A stretch of 51,924 nt of DNA, filler included, from Sphacelaria rigidula (lineage: Eukaryota): assembly GCA_964200075.2 (NCBI GenBank). It is 4 parts of 4 records of this genome, joined end to end, with 100 filler letters (N's around TTAATTAATTAA, not from the genome) between each part and the next. Parts side by side here need not be neighbours in the genome. Positions count along the whole stretch, not along the records: positions 39,021 to 51,924 come from CAXNAA020003319.1; 3 more parts are not named here. The stretch is one strand, 5' to 3'. Position numbers and translations under genes: made by a program. Below are positions 39,021 to 50,735 of this stretch, one piece after another; within the stretch, counting starts at the first letter, position 1; each line of letters starts with the position of its first letter. The notes under the pieces were generated by a model. That model searched no databases and had not been told where the DNA came from. It saw only the letters and a list, made by a program, of their open reading frames with translations.

Positions 39021-40246
39021 TGCTCGTTGTGTTTTCGAAAAACATCAACGAGTGCACTCGTCTCGACGAGTGATGGCTCGTCCGACGTATGGACATTTCA
39101 ACAGAAATGACCCAAGCCGAAGGAGATGTCAGAGACATGATGCCGATCATACCGATTCAAGTGAAAATTATGTCGATTCAAAATGTGTGAAACTGTAAGA
39201 CATTATGACGATTCGAATATGAATTCAACTGTGAAAAGCTAGGAAGATTGGTGCATGTAGCAACCGCTCATGATGGAACAAAAAAAATACTGCAACAGCT
39301 GATCAAAAAGTACGAGACGTGCGTGCGAGATTCAAAGCACGCTCGAGGTGTTCAAGCCCTGCCCCGAGAGTAGACTGTGTTCAATCGAGAGCGATAGCAC
39401 GCTGATCGCCTCATAATGTTATCTCGTTTCTTGCGATCCTATCTCGTTTTCCATGAGTCTCAAATGAACATGATCAAATGAAAATGACGCTGAACTCACA
39501 TGCAGTCACGTCACGTCATAACGCCCATACGGTCGAAGGGTCCACTGAGACGCGGACAAAGGAAAAGGCATCGCAACGCTACAACGCCCATGCAGAACAC
39601 AGTGTGAAAAGCAAATAATGGTACTTCACACCTAAGCAGGAACAGAACGCACCCGAATGTTCAATGAATTGCTAGAGAGAGGAGGATCAGCGAAAAACGA
39701 AAGCTTCAGAGAACTTCAGAAAACGGAATGAGACCGCGAAAGACGTCTCTAAAAATAAGTACAGAATGCTGGTTTCTCATACCTGTCGGCAAGAAAGCCG
39801 CCAGAGAGAAATGACAACTGCTGTTGTTGCTGCAAGGTTTTCGGCGCTTTGCGCCACCGCTCAAATCTAGCGATTCCAAGGCAAAGGATAATGTAGAATA
39901 TTCGGCGCTGAAGATATGATTTGCAAGTAATTTAGAAACTAGAGAGACAGACTGTGGTGTATAGGCTGGCGATCGCACCCGCGGCTTTGCCGTTCGAGTT
40001 GTTTATAAGCCATGATCAAACTGCACACAGTACACTGATCATTATAACCTCGTCAACGAGAAGATCGCACAGAAGATAAAGAACCCAACTGCGCGGAACC
40101 GGTCATTATCGGCCAGAAGCCGTCAATGCAAAGACATCACAAAAGATGCTGATTCCGAACTGCTCCTGCGCAAAAATCAAAACTCAACCGTTGAGAGCAC
40201 AGAAGACACCACAATGGTATGTTTGTGGCACTTTTCCCGCACAATC

Positions 40247-40366
40247 TTGTGTTAGTGGCAGGCGTCCATTTGTATTGTACAAGATGATGCCGATTCACAA
40301 AAAGGCCACTGCAGCATCATTTTGACTTAAAAATAACGCAAATGGACACCTGCCGCTAGCACACAA
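40247..40366. repeat. 120-bp imperfect palindrome
   Basis: tgtgttagtggcaggcgtccatttg pairs with caaatggacacctgccgctagcaca; inner atgatgc/gcatcat also pairs. Confidence 0.75.
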
Positions 40367-40402
40367 TTGTGGGGTACCAGTACAGGGTCCCAAAAGGGTT
40401 AA

Positions 40403-40500
40403 CCCTTAGACCGCGAGGGTAGTCCATCTAGATCGTGCATACCTTGTTCAAGCGATATCGATGCCGATTCAACAGATGACCTACTCTCGTTGTCTAAGGG
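40403..40500. mobile_element. 98-bp piggyBac-type mini-element
   Basis: TTAA|CCCTTAGAC...GTCTAAGGG|TTAA. Confidence 0.85.
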
Positions 40501-40504
40501 TTAA

Positions 40505-40602
40505 GCCTTTGACGGCGAGAGTAGGGCATCTGTTATATGGACATCAATTTCACTTGAAAAAAATATACATTATCCGGATAGAACACCCTCGCGGCCAAGA
40601 GG
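40505..40602. mobile_element. 98-bp piggyBac-type mini-element, inverted relative to 40403-40500
   Basis: Bounded by TTAA at 40501-40504 and 40603-40606. Aligns end-to-end with the reverse complement of the neighbouring copy. Confidence 0.8.
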
Positions 40603-40649
40603 TTAACGCAAACCGGTAATAATACACTAAAAATTCACTGTGAACGTGC

Positions 40650-40917
40650 TGTAGAAAAAGTACAGTAGCACCTCGAGCATGGGGAGTACAGAAGCATGTG
40701 GGTATCAGTTTGGATCTTGTGACAATTGGTTGGAGGATGATTATGGAATGCGTAACATTTCGTGTTTGCGAGGAAATCAAAACATGGATCACTTCTGGTT
40801 TCAATGAAGGCAGCTGTTTGTATGACTGCTTGTGTCCTGAAGTCTCTGGAGCTCTTGACAGGGGGGAAGCCTCTGGAGCAGCACTGTGACCTTGTTCTGA
40901 TTTCAGACAAGTCTACA
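40650..40917 (+). repeat. 5' LTR (268 bp)
   Basis: TGTAGA...TCTACA termini. 16 substitutions and no indels versus the 3' LTR by manual count. Confidence 0.95.
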
Positions 40918-41098
40918 ATAGACGTTTACTCATGAAACTTGTCCGTTTCTGGATTAGGTTGATTTGACGCCGCACCCTACAGTCTATGGAAAACAAGGAC
41001 GCTCGCGTTGGATTACAGGGGGGAGGGGGAGTGGCGGAGAGAGAGGCGCAGGCCACACAAATTCAAGGCGACTGCGGTGATAGGAGGCTGTTGGAAAT

Positions 41099-42250
41099 AT
41101 GGCATCGCGAAGGGGAGGTGGCACCAGCGAGAAGGTTGATGAAGTGATATTTGGAGTAACCGAGTTGACTCTGGGTGGACCGTTGAAAGTGCCCGAGTAT
41201 GGACGCTTGTTCAGTGAACAGGCCTTCAGACGCGTTTTTCAGAAGTACTGAGACCACGAGGAGGCGGTGGCGAGGAGAAATAAAAGCCGGAAGGTAAAGT
41301 GCGTACTGTTGACCATGCAAGAGTTGGTCCCCAAGCACATTCAAAATTGCGTGTCTGACACCATCTTTGATGGGATGGAACTCACAGAAGACGAACTGAA
41401 GCAAGGGATTGCACGACATGCGGAGTGCTGGACCGAAATGGAAATCATTCCATCCGAAGCTGCAGCAGGCGTGAAAAAGGCGCTTTCCGCACAATCTGAA
41501 TCAATTGCAATAGGTCGAGTAGTGGAGTTCATTACCAAGAATACTTTGTGGAAAATGAAGGTGTGGAGTGCGTTTTCCGTGAATCTGACCGTACGTTCAA
41601 GGCGGATCCAGCACACATCGTGACCAGAGCTATGCCAGCCGGCCTGACCCCACCTGAGTTCAACAGTAGACTTTAAAATATACTCTGTATGACAGGGGGC
41701 TGGAAAGAGAGCCCGAAACCGGTTTATGAGGTTGCTCATGACGTGGCGGAAACATGGAAGACTGTGGAAGAGGTTGACGAACAACGCCGCCGGCAACCGC
41801 AACTTCGGCAAAAGGGCGGTTCACAAGGTTCGAAAAAACTGACAACACAGGTCATCGCAGCGGCTGCGGCTGCCGCAGCGGGTAGTGGCGGTTCCAGCTC
41901 AAAAAAAGTCTCACAAACCTGGTCCCAGCTACCCAGGCTGCTTCGAGTGTGGCGATAATGGTCACTACAAGAAATACTGTAAGAAACAGAGCACACCTGC
42001 GGCCACAGTGAGTGCTTCAGGCGGGCAAGCAAAGTTGCCGCCGCCGCCACCACCGCCGTAGCAGCAGCAGTAGCAACAACAGGTCCATGGTCAGCGAGGG
42101 GGCAGCAAAGGTCCTGCTCCCACAAGGGCTGTTTTCCCATGGAACAGAACGCAAGGGGGGTCCTAGCAGTGCTGATGGCATGTTGTCGCCCCAGCCGTCT
42201 GCTCCAGCTCCTGCAGTTCAGCCCCCACTACCGGCGGGACCGGTCTCAGA
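41099..42250 (+). pseudogene. gag: gag relic
   Basis: ATG at 41099; broken by stops and frameshifts. Zinc knuckle CFECGDNGHYKKYC at ~41939-41980. Confidence 0.8.
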
Positions 42251-45200
42251 CACTGCCGGTATGGCGGGGCCTGCCCACCACTGAGGTTGCAGATTTACAG
42301 GCTGAGGGTGTGGTAGTCGACAGCAAGCAGCGATGCTGCCGGGCAGATTTATCTGTTCCTGGCTCCGCAGCCAAGAACATTTGCCCTATCACTGCGGTTT
42401 TAGATTCGGGGGCTGGCATTACTATCATGTCTGAAAAGGTGAGGTCCACTTGCAAGCCGTGTTGCCTGATATGCAACTTTTCACGAGCATGGTTCGTGCA
42501 CACCTGGTGAAACTAGCCAATGGTAATGTGCGGAGCATGCAGTCGAAGACGTGCCTAGTGCGCACTGCTCGGCGCACTAGCAGGGGGCCGGTGGTGTTGG
42601 ATCCGTGTCATTATGCGGTTATGCCAGGTGCCGATGATGTGGTGATCATCAGGAGCGGTACGCTGGAGGTCATGGGCATTGACGTGTACAGTGGGCTAGA
42701 CGCATGCGCACGCTCAAGACACGCCTTGGTGAGAGGTGTAGATACGTCTGAATTCCGAGGATGTAGGCGTGTGAGCAGTGCGATTGAGGCGTTACAGGAT
42801 TCAGGTTGACAAGAGGAGCTTGTGGATCCCTTCGTTGAGCGATTGGTGTCGCGTGGTCCCGTGATGAGCATGACTCCAGAGGAAGAGCAGGCAGAGCGTC
42901 ATTTTGCACTGGACCATGCGGTACAGACGGCCGCGGACAAGGGTATGTCGGCGAGCGGCGTTAATAAGCTTCGGGAAGTTGTCGGGCACCGTGTCAACGC
43001 TTTTCGGCGAGCGCTGGGCGGTGATCCGCATGCTCATGTAGAGCCGTTAGAGGTGAGATTCAAACCTGGAGCTAGAGCAGTCAAAGCGAGCCCGCGAGTG
43101 TATTCTCCGGTGAAGACGGCATGGTTAGTAGGGTGCATAGCGATGCTGGTGGCGCGTGGGCTCGCATTTCGCAGCTTACAGGTAGTGCGGGAGAGCGCGG
43201 CTATGGCGACGCCGAAGAAGGGCGGTTATCGATTGGTGAGTGATTATCGCGCGGCAAACAAGCAGATCGAAAATGTTCCCAATGTCATGCCTGACCACGA
43301 GGCGGAGATGGTCAATCTATTACGAGCTGCTTGTTTTGGCAGGATTAATATGCTGAGGGGTTACTGGCAGATGCCGCTGGCGGCTCATGCACAGGAAATA
43401 TTCATGATCGTGACTCCCGAAGGTCTGTTTACCCCCACAAGGGTGCCGCGAGGGGTGTTGAATACTATGGGGTATTTTTAAGGCATCATGACAGGGTTTT
43501 TGGTCGGACTTCAGTGCATTCTATGGGTCAATGATATCTTGTAGTGGGGCAAAGACGAGGATGATCTTTTGTGTACACTGGGCGTGATTTTCGGCCGTTT
43601 GAAGGACGCTGGTCTGTTTGCGGCTGCGCACAAGCAGACCACTTGGTGCGGGAAGGTCTTTTCACGCGGTAAAGTGGCTCATGACCGCGAGAGACTGAGC
43701 GGGCTGGCCAATCTTACGCGTCAGCGCACAGCAGGCGAGCTGATGCAGTTTCTGCAGGCTGTCACCTGGCTGAGGACGTCCCTACGGCGTTTGGCGGAGG
43801 TGGTGAAGCCGCTGCGTGTGTTACTGGAGGAGCACATGCGGGAAAACGTGCGCCGTACCAAGCGAGTGGAGTCAAACTCGACAATCGAGGAGTCGGCGTG
43901 GACGTCCAGGCGTGCTCAGGCGTGACACCAGGCGCAAGATTTGGTGGCGCATGCTGTCGCTTTGTCATATCCCAAGCAGGGGTATGAGGTGCTCATGTTT
44001 CCACACGCATCGGATCTCCACTGGGGGAGCTTTATCACGCAGGTACCGGAGGATGAGCTGGGTGGTACATTGGTGGTGGAAGACATGAGCCATCAGCCGA
44101 TGGGATTTCTCTGTGGGGCTCCTCGCGGAGCGTAGGTTCGATGAGCTACGGTGAACAAAGAAGGCTATGCCATCGTGAGTACTTTCCGTAGGTTGGAGTA
44201 TCTTTTATGGGGTCGGGGGGGGGGGCGTACTCATTTGTTGCTTGCCTTAGTCGTCTGACCATTGACTACTTTTATATCGGGTGGGGTGCATGTTTTCATT
44301 GATCATCGTAACCTAGCATACATTTTCAACCCCGAGGCGTGCGTAGCATCCGTGTCCAAGACTGCTGCCCAGAGGCTCGAGCAATGAAAGGCTGTGCTCA
44401 GGCAGTACGACTATTCTATCAGGCACATTGCTGGTGAGCGCAACTGCTGGGGAGATTCACTGTCAGGGTGGGTGAACGTTCCGGCGGTGTCTGTGTGTGC
44501 TGTGGCCATTTTTGGCGAGCGGTCAGCCTGACGAAACGCTACCGTCGAAGGACGCTATTCGTTAGGCCCAAGAGCAGGCTCAAGCAGGGTTCGGAGTGAC
44601 GGTTGCTGGAGCCCCTTCTTTTACAGCAGCTGTTGGGCGAGTTTCGAAAGACGGTGAGGGTTTATTTCGCGTGCATGTAGTAGGGCGGAATGTGTTGTGG
44701 ATCTCGCGGCGAGCGAAAGTACTGCAAACACGCTTGATGGTGTGTGCTCATATGAAAGGGGTGGGCCACCGGGGTGTTGTGGCGAAACTGCAGCGGCTGC
44801 AAGAGAACCGCTGTTGGTTTCGGATGGAAGCTCACGTGACAGATTTTGTGAGGAAGTGCTTGCATTGTGTGGACTCGAAAGCGGGTGAGACGGTGCCGCG
44901 GCCACCAGGGGAGAGAGTCCATGACACATGGCCCGGCGAGGTGATGAATTTTGACAATCTGCGCATTGGCAAGAGTGGTCCGCTGGGCGAGAGCGGACTT
45001 GATGAAGGTGACGGGTACAGGTACATTTTGGTAATGATCGATGATTGGAACATTTTCTTGTGGTTGGAGCCCACCGAGTCCTGTACAGCTGCAGCGACGG
45101 TGCAGCACCTGTTGGCATGGTGCAAGACGTTGGGTCCGCCGGAGGTTTGGGTTAGTGACACTGCATCGCACTTCAAGAACCGTGTGATGCGAGCACTGGA

Positions 45201-46103
45201 GAAGGCGCTGAAGCTGGACAGGAGATTCGCGGTTCCACACTCGCCGTTGTCAAATGGTACGTGTGAAAGGATGATGCGAGATGTTGTCCGTACTCTGAAG
45301 GCTATGCTGCAAGAAGAGAGGCGCGATGTTCGTGACTGGGTGGGACTGGTGCCTGCCGTGCAGTGGGCGTTGAACACGGCATTCCGCGAGCGCTACGCCA
45401 GTACGCCATACCACGTGATGTTTAGACGTGCGCCACGCGCGATTTCTTCGACCCTGGCCCCATCGACCGCCGACGAATGGCGACTTGATATGCTGGATGA
45501 AGACATGCTGCGGCAGAAGGTGGCGCCGGTCGTTGAGGCGCAGCAAGAGTTGCACCAGGGGGTGGCACAGCGCGTGGACAAGACTCGTGAGCTGCGGCGA
45601 CGTGTTGCCAGCAATGGACAGTTGCCAAATTCATGGTGGGTGATTATGTCTTGGCAGCGAGGGCTAGGCGCTCAGGAACAACGTCGAAACTCTCAAGTAC
45701 GTGGACACAGCCTTGGAGGATCGTGGCAGCGGAGCAACGACATGTCTACGAGATTCAGAAGATTGTGAATGGCGAGGTGAAGGACGCGTATGTCGCACGT
45801 CTTCGGTACAATGCGGACAAGGAACTGGAGGTCATCGCAGATCTGGAGGAGGTGTCCCAGTATGCGTATGCCCAAGTAGAGTTCGAGATGGAGACCATTG
45901 TTGGTATATCTGAGGCTCAAGAAGGAGATGGATTCGATGTACGTGTGGAATGGGAAGGTTTCGACGAGGACGAAATTTCGTGGGAGCCGTTGGATGCCAT
46001 TTTGAGAGGAGCGCCGCAGTTGGTACGATCTGAACTGCGTAAGTTGAGACTGAATAAGCAGGTACGGGCGCGTCTGTTGGCCAAGTATGGTATCAAGCTG
46101 TGA
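42250..46103 (+). pseudogene. pol: pol relic: protease, RT, RNase H, integrase, chromodomain
   Basis: Protease AVLDSGAG. RT YRLVSDYR, GYWQMPL, WVND (decayed from xxDD). RNase H HASDLHWG, IDHRNL. Integrase HMKGVGH..CLHC, NFD, SDTASHF, NGTCER. Chromodomain VRVEWEGFDEDEISWEP. Multiple stops and frameshifts. Confidence 0.95.
44214..44268 (-). mobile_element. Poly(C)-tailed short repeat, copy 2, inserted in the Gypsy RNase H
   Basis: Interrupts LEYLLWG^GVHVFIDHRNL. Flanked by cttttatggggt / cttttatatcgggt. Homologous to 3387-3445. Confidence 0.75.
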
Positions 46104-46401
46104 CTGGTTGTCTGAGAACTTCGTGGATTGTATCATGCGATTGGTGTTCGTTGAGTATACCGCTTGGCTATCGTTTGCCTAAAAAGACGCGCAGCTCGTG
46201 CTGCCGTTTTTGAGTTGTACTGGCAGGGGGTGGTGATTTCACCTTAGTGTGCGAGAAAGAGAAATTGAGCGTCACGAAGTATTCACTAATTCTGTGTGTT
46301 ATCGCATGATTGTTCTTTGTTGACATCCTAGGGTATTGTCGGTGTCTACTGATGATCAAGCTCGTTTTTCTACCCTTTAGTAGGACGTAGCTTGGGGGTG
46401 C

Positions 46402-46669
46402 TGTAGAAAAAGTACAGTAGCACCTCTAGCATGGGGAGTACAGAAGCATGTGGGTATCAGTTTGGATCTTGTGACAATTGGCTGGAGGATGATTATGGAG
46501 TGCGTAACATATCGTGTTTGCGAGGAGAGCAAAACAGGGATCACTTCTGGTTCCGAGGAAGGCAGCTGTTTGTATAACTGCTTGTGTCTTGAAGTCTCTG
46601 GCGCTCTTGATAGGGAGGAAGCCTCTGGAGCAGCACTGTGACCTTGTTCTGATTTCAGACAATTCTACA
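46402..46669 (+). repeat. 3' LTR (268 bp)
   Basis: TGTAGAA...TTCTACA, preceded by a short G-rich tract (weak PPT). Confidence 0.95.
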
Positions 46670-46729
46670 GTGGTCGGCGCCGCAAGCCTCCGGTAAACAC
46701 CTTTAGCGCCGGAGGTACTAATTTGTGGA

Positions 46730-47330
46730 GTCGGCATCATTTTTTATCGAAGAAGGCCTGAAAACAGCTGTCAATTCCACAAATGGATACCTCCGACGGG
46801 TCGGAGTATTTGTACCTACGCCGTGGGAAAAAGCACTCTGTGCTTACGGAGCCACAAAACACCCTCGCTGCCCGAGCATTTACCGTCTGCCTTCGTCGGG
46901 TTACGGTCGGGGATTGTGTTGGAAGTGCAGTTCGATCAGTCTACAGAAGACTCCGATATTGTGAAGAGAAGGGATGACGAATTTGAGTTTTTGACAATCG
47001 GGGGCATCAATTTGCTGAAGGGCTTCATTTCATTTGTGGAATGGGCATCATTTCACTTGAAAAACGCCTGAAAATGAGGCTGATTCTACAAATAGACACC
47101 TCCGGGGCGGTCGAAGGGTTTGGATCGGCGCCGTAGGACAAAAGCACCCTGTGACTGCGAGGGCTATAGAACGCCCTCTGCCCGCGTGTCCACGATCTTC
47201 CTTCGTCGAGTTACGGTTAGGGATAGGGCCAAAGTGCGGTTAGATCAGTCTATCAAATATTCGGATGTTATGGGGAGATAAACTGACAACTAAATCTAGC
47301 CCTTTGACCGTATCTTGTTGAAGAGGTTTC
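46730..47330. repeat. Two diverged ~310-bp tandem units
   Basis: Units starting at ~46730 and ~47042 share ggcatcattt, gcctgaaaa, caaat.ga.acctccg, aaaagcac.ctgtg, ccttcgtcg.gttacggt and gatcagtcta. Confidence 0.75.
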
Positions 47331-47381
47331 ATTTCCTGGCCTTTCAAGCAAAAATAAACAGTAAGTCCCTGGGACGACGGA

Positions 47382-47560
47382 GAGGCAAACGGCCAGGGAA
47401 GTCACTGGTCCCAGAGTGACAGGTTCCCTGAGATTCACGCGAAGTAGTCACTGGCACGAAATGGAGGCAAACGGCCAGGACAGTCACTGTCTCAGAGAGA
47501 CAAGTTCCCTGAGATTCACTGGTCAAGAGTGGTAGAGTAGTCACTGGTGCCGAAGTGACG
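47382..47560. repeat. ~82-bp tandem duplication
   Basis: gaggcaaacggccagg..agtcactg...gttccctgagattcac...agtagtcactgg occurs twice. Confidence 0.8.
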
Positions 47561-47771
47561 GATTGTGTGAAATTCCGAACGGATAAAATTCCGCAGCGAA
47601 AGGACAAATTCCGAGAAAGAAAACGGAAAACATTTTGCTGTGCGGTTTATCGCCAGAGAACGTAAGAATGAAATACTGCCAACTGGTGCGTTGCAGTGCG
47701 GGTATATGCTGCGCTGTGGTGCATTGCAAAATGACACCTGTCTGCGGGAAGCCGTCCGAACATAATCTTCA

Positions 47772-48960
47772 TCCTTTGGGGACCGGACTCCCATGAAACA
47801 CATGGTTAGCACGCAGGGGCTGCTACAGCTGTGACTGTGACACCTTGCTCTAATATCAATCTACACACTCTCCAAGTTTCGGCGTCATATGAAGCGAGGT
47901 GCGGATTCTCTTCACCCTCAACCCTTCTGAGACCGGACCCCCACCTAACACAGGATCAACCCTGTGTTAGTGAAATAATAAAAAATAAGTCTTCGACCGA
48001 CCTGCCCAATCACGGCGAGGCGAAATTTATCAACCAGACCCGAACGACCAGTGCGGGGATTGTTGTCGAGTGTGATGATATTGCAAAGATCGTGTGGGGG
48101 CCCTATCCCTGGCCCAGATGAGCCTCTCCAGGTTTCCAAGTGCAGGGCGGTCGCAGCTTGGTTTCATGGTATTACTTGCACTCAGTATACCGTTCCCGAG
48201 TTTTTCCTGAGTGTTTTTTGGGTCCAAATGTTATACTAAAACGTAGTAGTTTACACTAACACAGAGTGGGCCGGAAGAAACCGGGAAGGAGTGTACATGC
48301 TACAATGTGGTCATTTTCACGAGGCACAAAATCCAGGTGGGCTGTGGAAAGACAAGAGGAACTGCCGTAATGAATTCTGCGTATCCCCCTGCGGATGACT
48401 TGCAGTTTGCAGTCCACCTGTATGTAGTGGACGGGGATGACAAAGCTGTATATAGGCAGCTGATCTCGGTATCTAAGAATTGCCCAGAACGTGCAAGGGA
48501 GTATGCAGCGGCAGCTGCTGCTTCAGTTGGAGAGGCGTACTACACTGCACTGTACTATACTGTTGTATGCATACGCGCCGCAACGCTAATACCGTTCGAA
48601 GAGAATTTGCAGCATGCAACAAGGGGGGAAATGGCGGCCCACCCCGACCACAAAGAGCTGTGTGGCAAGGTGATGGGGACAAACGTATCATCCAAACCCA
48701 CGAGTGGCGGGCGGCCAGCCGGTCGTCGCATCCTGTTGGAAGCTCTCTACCACGACCCATACTGCTTGCTAAATTAGATGTACACCACCTAATGCGCACC
48801 CTGCACCTGAAACTAGATTGGATGAAGCTTCCGGTCTTTGTCATGACCCTGCGGTTACATATGCGGATTTTCAGCGACACTTCACTGTTTCGTGCAGACG
48901 CCAGACACGTCATTCCTGACCAGCCTCACTGGTCAATCTGAAGGCCCGGTCCCAAAAGGG
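47772..48960. mobile_element. 1.19-kb non-autonomous piggyBac-type element
   Basis: Left end ttca|tcctttggggaccgg (decayed); right end ccggtcccaaaaggg|TTAA. Same termini occur at 40385-40398 and 51734. Confidence 0.65.
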
Positions 48961-49536
48961 TTAAGCTTCCAAAGCACCGCCTCCGTAATATGCAGAAGGA
49001 ATAACACTGGATGGTGTTGACTATGAGTCTGCGATATTCCGTGTTTTGATGTGTGTTTTGTGAATGTTGATTGATTGATTGTCGGACATCAACTGGTTCC
49101 CGAGGGAGGCATAACGGGAGTACTCATCGAAGAAAACTAGAAAAAACAGGAATGATGCAGGAAGGGAAAACAGAGTGAAGTGAAGAAAACGAGCAACACA
49201 ATACAAGAAAATGGGGGAAGAATGGAAAGGAAATGAGAAAAACAAGACATACCTCAAGATGGATGAAGCGACAACAACAACAACAACAGCAACAGCAACA
49301 GCAGCAGCAGCAGCTACTCCCCTAACTTTACTAATAATACGAATAATTCACAAGAAAATGCCTAGTCCTTGCCTCGTTGCTTCAAGTAATGAAGCCGTTC
49401 AAGAAGTAAGAACGCCTATGCTTCAATCGTTCGCGTCGATGGCAGATCGCCATTTTCATTCACCGTAGCTCTCTCTGCCCCGCCAACACTCCTGTTGTGG
49501 GCACTCTCTCTCTCCTCTGCTTGGACGTACTCGCAG

Positions 49537-50702
49537 AGACTGGAAGCTTTCCAAGAATCTCTGCAGATATCGTCCTCGATATTTTCCGCGGTGCGCCGGT
49601 GCCCGGCCGTAGCGCGCGACCAAGGCATCTTGCCGATCGTTCTTCAGGGCTGCTGCTGCGAGAATTCGCTGGCGGCTCGACACGCGTTTGCTGTCCTTGC
49701 AGAGCAGGCCTCAGAGTCTCCCGCCATTGTATCACAGGTGCGAAGGAAAATGGGGAGTGGTAGGGGTGGCATGGGTGTGAGCATCGGCGGACCATGGGTG
49801 CATCGTTCATTTTTTTTTTTTTATCGAGTGCTTGGCGCCCAAATTTTGAGGATCGTGGTCATTCATTGTCAGCACCGCAGGTTGCGTTGCGAACAAACCC
49901 AAGCCAACCGCGAACGCTGTTGTTTTACTCCCTCACGGTCATTGCGGGCGCGGCATGTGCACCAAGTTCCCCCTTATTATTTTCTGTGTGATACGCGGCA
50001 GGCACTGCTGAGCAAGGCTATGCTGGTGCCAACAACCGTCGGTATACTGCAGGCTCCCGAAGACCTTGCGTCTCCGGGTGAGGAGCCTAACCTCTCGGAT
50101 GCACTCGGCTGCGTGTACTACCTCCGCGCGCTGAAGGCTTTGGCTTTTTCCGAGGTGTTGGACGACACCATGCGTCTCGATATGTACCGGACAATGGTCA
50201 GCTCCGTGTCGGACGCGCGTCACCGCGTCGCGCTGGAGGCCATGCAGTGCTTACTGGACCACCCCAGGTTTGTCAGTGAAAAAGTCAAGCAACTAGGTCG
50301 ATGAACCATGTTGCGCGTGCTCATCTCGTTTATGGCGCATGTATTAGATTCCATGCCTCTCTATTCCTCCAAATTACAACCCACATAACCGATCGACGGC
50401 TTCACCTGTACACACCTGTCCCATCTTTCCCTCAACGCCACTTCAAGGTGCACATACACAATCCCGTCATAACATCGATCGAGCCTCCCGTCCCGCCCCA
50501 ATACCCCCGCTGAATACCCCAGGGCGTGGGAGCTGCTGGTGGATGCGCAACGTGAGTCTCGAGATGCAGACATCTTCCGCAGGGTAGTTGATCGTATCAA
50601 ACTTTGTGTCGAGGAAGCTACGGCGCCCGCCACAGGCAAAGATGCATGTGCTCCTATGGTTTCTACGTCCTCCGATCGTGGCGGCAGTAAAAAAAGGGCT
50701 AA

Positions 50703-50735
<33 letters not shown>

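Larger units (their letters stand above)
40650..46669 (+). mobile_element. Full-length, decayed Ty3/Gypsy LTR retrotransposon with chromodomain integrase
   Basis: Two 268-bp direct repeats enclosing gag(CCHC)-PR-RT-RH-IN-chromodomain in Gypsy order. Flanks GTGC / GTGG (possible 4-bp TSD with 1 mismatch). Confidence 0.96.

Noticed and set aside
40918..40940. Tf1-type self-priming PBS
   Set aside because: No convincing complementary stretch was found within the LTR.
44596..45768. Intact stand-alone integrase gene (390-aa ORF)
   Set aside because: It is a fragment of a pol pseudogene, frameshifted before the chromodomain and with upstream stops.
47382..47560. CRISPR-like repeat-spacer array
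   Set aside because: Only two diverged tandem units, no unique spacers, no cas genes, eukaryotic context.
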